DNA from: Harriotta raleighana
Taxonomy: Eukaryota
Assembly: GCA_050575255.1 (NCBI GenBank)
Contig: JBNZDD010013678.1
Coordinates: 4,684,753-4,748,752 of the forward strand
Reading direction: 5' to 3'
DNA length: 64,000 nucleotides
Shown: piece after piece, positions 61,735 through 64,000 of the stretch
How positions within the stretch are numbered: the stretch's first letter is position 1
How the letters are laid out: every line of letters starts with the position of its first letter
Notes under the pieces: model-generated
The model's input: the letters and a program-made list of their open reading frames with translations, nothing else
The model's database searches: none
What the model was told of the DNA's origin: nothing
Made by a program: the position numbers and the translations under genes

Positions 61735-62020
61735 TTAAATAAACAGTGTATACATTAGAAACAAGCTAACACACACTATACACAGCCAAGCTAGAAAGGT
61801 GAGCCAGTCTATGGGATCAGTGTGGAAACATCCGAGTCTGCATTTACCTTGTACTTGAAGTATAGCAGTGGAACTGATAGTGCCACTAGAGTTTATAGCT
61901 CGTACAACATAAATGCCTGAATCTTTATCAGACACCTTCTGAATGAAAAGAATGTGTTTGCCTTCCTTTTGTGAAACTTCTAAGCGCTGATCTGTTGTCA
62001 GCTTTTGTCCATTCTTGTAC
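61735..62020 (-). CDS. CCDC141: CCDC141 last exon: second half of the Ig domain plus hydrophobic C-terminal tail; internal donor at 61848
   Basis: ttcag|G; YKNGQKL..DSGIYVVRAINSSGTISSTAILQVQGKCRL..WLTFLAWLCIVCVSLFLMYTLFI*; AATAAA at 61677-61682. Confidence 0.88.
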
Positions 62021-63342
62021 CTGAAGTAAAGAATGCATTTTCAAGTCAAGCAGTTACTGTATAAACACCAGTTAAACAGCTGATTAAAACAAGAACATCT
62101 AAAAAGACAGAATATGAATTTTATATTAATGGCATAAAAGCAAAATACTGTATGTAACTTTTTTTTAGTATGACAAACTAGCTCTATAATGAGTTAAGTG
62201 TTAGTAACAATCTTAAATAACTGAGAACTTGGGACCTGATTTTGGAAATATATTCAAAGTTGCAAACATTTCCGGCTTGTATTTTCATTGTGCCTCTGGA
62301 AAATGGAGGTGATTTATAATAGATTCATTCTCATCCTAAAATTATTATTGGTTTCCTAGCTGTGGGAAAAAAGCATGCAAAGGTTTATTTCAATCTTCCA
62401 GGGTTTCCCAATCTCTTTGTAATTGTTATGCCTCGTCATCTTTGTGTTCCTTCAAACCACGAATCACCATCAAGCCAGTGAATAGAGCAAAATTAATCAA
62501 GATTTTGGATTTGGATTTGCGTCTTAATGCAATGTTATGAAAAATGGAAGCTTAAAGGATTATGAGATTCCAAGAATCACTTTTTTGAAGTTATTGTCAT
62601 GTATTGTGAGTAAGACTTTCAATTTGCTTAGAAATATAGGAATGTACAACATGGGAAAGGCTGCTAAATTGGTCCCAAAATTACCATTTCTCTCTTAGGA
62701 GGAGAAATGATGGCAGAAACATTGGAATGATAATGATTATTTTTCTCCCGACACTTTAAGATTTGCTTGGATGAATCCTGATCCATACTGTAGACAACAT
62801 GAAAATGCTCTGTTGCCATTGAACTAAACAATTACCATTCAAAGACTGCGAATCGTTCATGAGAATTACTTGCCATGGTGCAATGCACATTATATACTCA
62901 CCTTTGCAGCAAAATATATTTATAGTACTCCTTGATTCAATATTATATCTAATTACGCAGCCAAAATATCTCAAAATGGTTTACAGGATTTACTGTAAAG
63001 TATAGTGCATTTTTGGTGAATGTCTATCATGATATTAATGTTACTTTTATTACATATGGGTTGTATTTAATAGCTGAATCCTCTACATTACTTATGATGC
63101 ATTGATAATTTCCTGGTTTGAAGTTTAGCTGATGGTTGCCTCTAATTTGGACATCATTTTTATTACATCGGCTTCCGAAATAGAAAATACCAATGTTGCA
63201 AACCAAAGTGATTTGGTTCACAATCGCATCATGAAATGGAACAACATTGAAAATAAAATCAGGCCCCGTCGTCAGAAGTTCATGCTGAACCTCCAACTGA
63301 ATGCAATGTAGATATTACTGCTAGTGGTTATAGGCTACCCAC

Positions 63343-64000
63343 CATGTCAAAGTTGGTTCTGGGAATCCTGATACTTCTATTTCCAAGGTCACAGGAGAAC
63401 CTTCTACCACATTGACATTAGATAAGAGCTTGGAGAAGCTTGGTGTTGTACCAGTCAGGAAGCGCATAACTGTGTTGTTCAATGGACCTTGGATGCCCTC
63501 CCGGATGATGGTTTCTCTGTGGGGGCCTGTGGTGTCATGCATGGGTGGGCACGCACCGAGGGACGCCGTTAGTGGTTGACTTGAAACATGGAATTCATTG
63601 CTGTTAGAATCCATTCGGTTCGCAACCCGGTCACTCTTGGGTTCATGCAGTCGTGACACCCGAGTCTCAATCACACTCTCATGCACATCGTAAGTCTGCA
63701 GCTGAGATTCATGCACTCGACGGACAATATCACGGGTTGAGGATTTAGTCACGATTTGGGTGGCCACGATATTTGAACGGGTGCTGGAAACGAGAGTGAG
63801 TGCAGGGATTGTCAGTGGGCGCTGGATAAAAGAGGAAGGCTCGGCAGAGGGTCCAGTGCAGGGAGTTGAACGGTGAGATGAATAATAGTCAGGCTCATGA
63901 GAAGCTTGCGGACTTGAATGATTTATGGTATCAGCCGTGGCAACAGGTGCTACTGGGTCAGAGCGATCAGTCATTCTGCTCCAGTCCATTTCCATTTGTG
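63343..64000 (-). CDS. CCDC141: CCDC141 penultimate exon (starts beyond window end)
   Basis: Ser/Thr-rich linker then PSFSKLLSNVNVVEGSPVTLEIEVSGFPEPTLTW|gtgggt; position immediately upstream of TTN as in human. Confidence 0.9.

Overview
Eukaryotic (vertebrate) genomic DNA. The repeat families look like those of cartilaginous fish; a chimaera or shark is an inference, not proven. The minus strand carries the 5' part of the titin/connectin gene TTN: TATA promoter, non-coding exon 1 (~51.1-51.3 kb), ATG at 49086, Z-disk Ig exons, Z-repeats, proximal I-band Ig exons, the Novex region and the cardiac N2B exon (1013-3937). The gene continues off the left edge. Upstream on the same strand is the 3' end of CCDC141. 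I placed ~45 TTN exons by GT-AG boundaries and phase continuity; exon numbers and all comparisons to human TTN/CCDC141 come from my recollection of those genes, not from a search. Departures from mammalian titin: only two Z-repeat exons; a 26-copy 27-bp (GGGVSATSI)n insertion in exon 7; a decayed Novex-1 pseudo-exon; a two-Ig Novex-2; an extra Ig cassette exon; Novex-3 split by a 109-nt intron; a cryptic ~74-aa repeat in N2Bus. The most intriguing, and unproven, signal is a chain of extra exons between CCDC141 and TTN whose splice phases would allow an in-frame CCDC141-TTN read-through protein. Introns hold tRNA-SINEs, Deu-SINEs, L2/CR1 fragments and TA-flanked MITEs.
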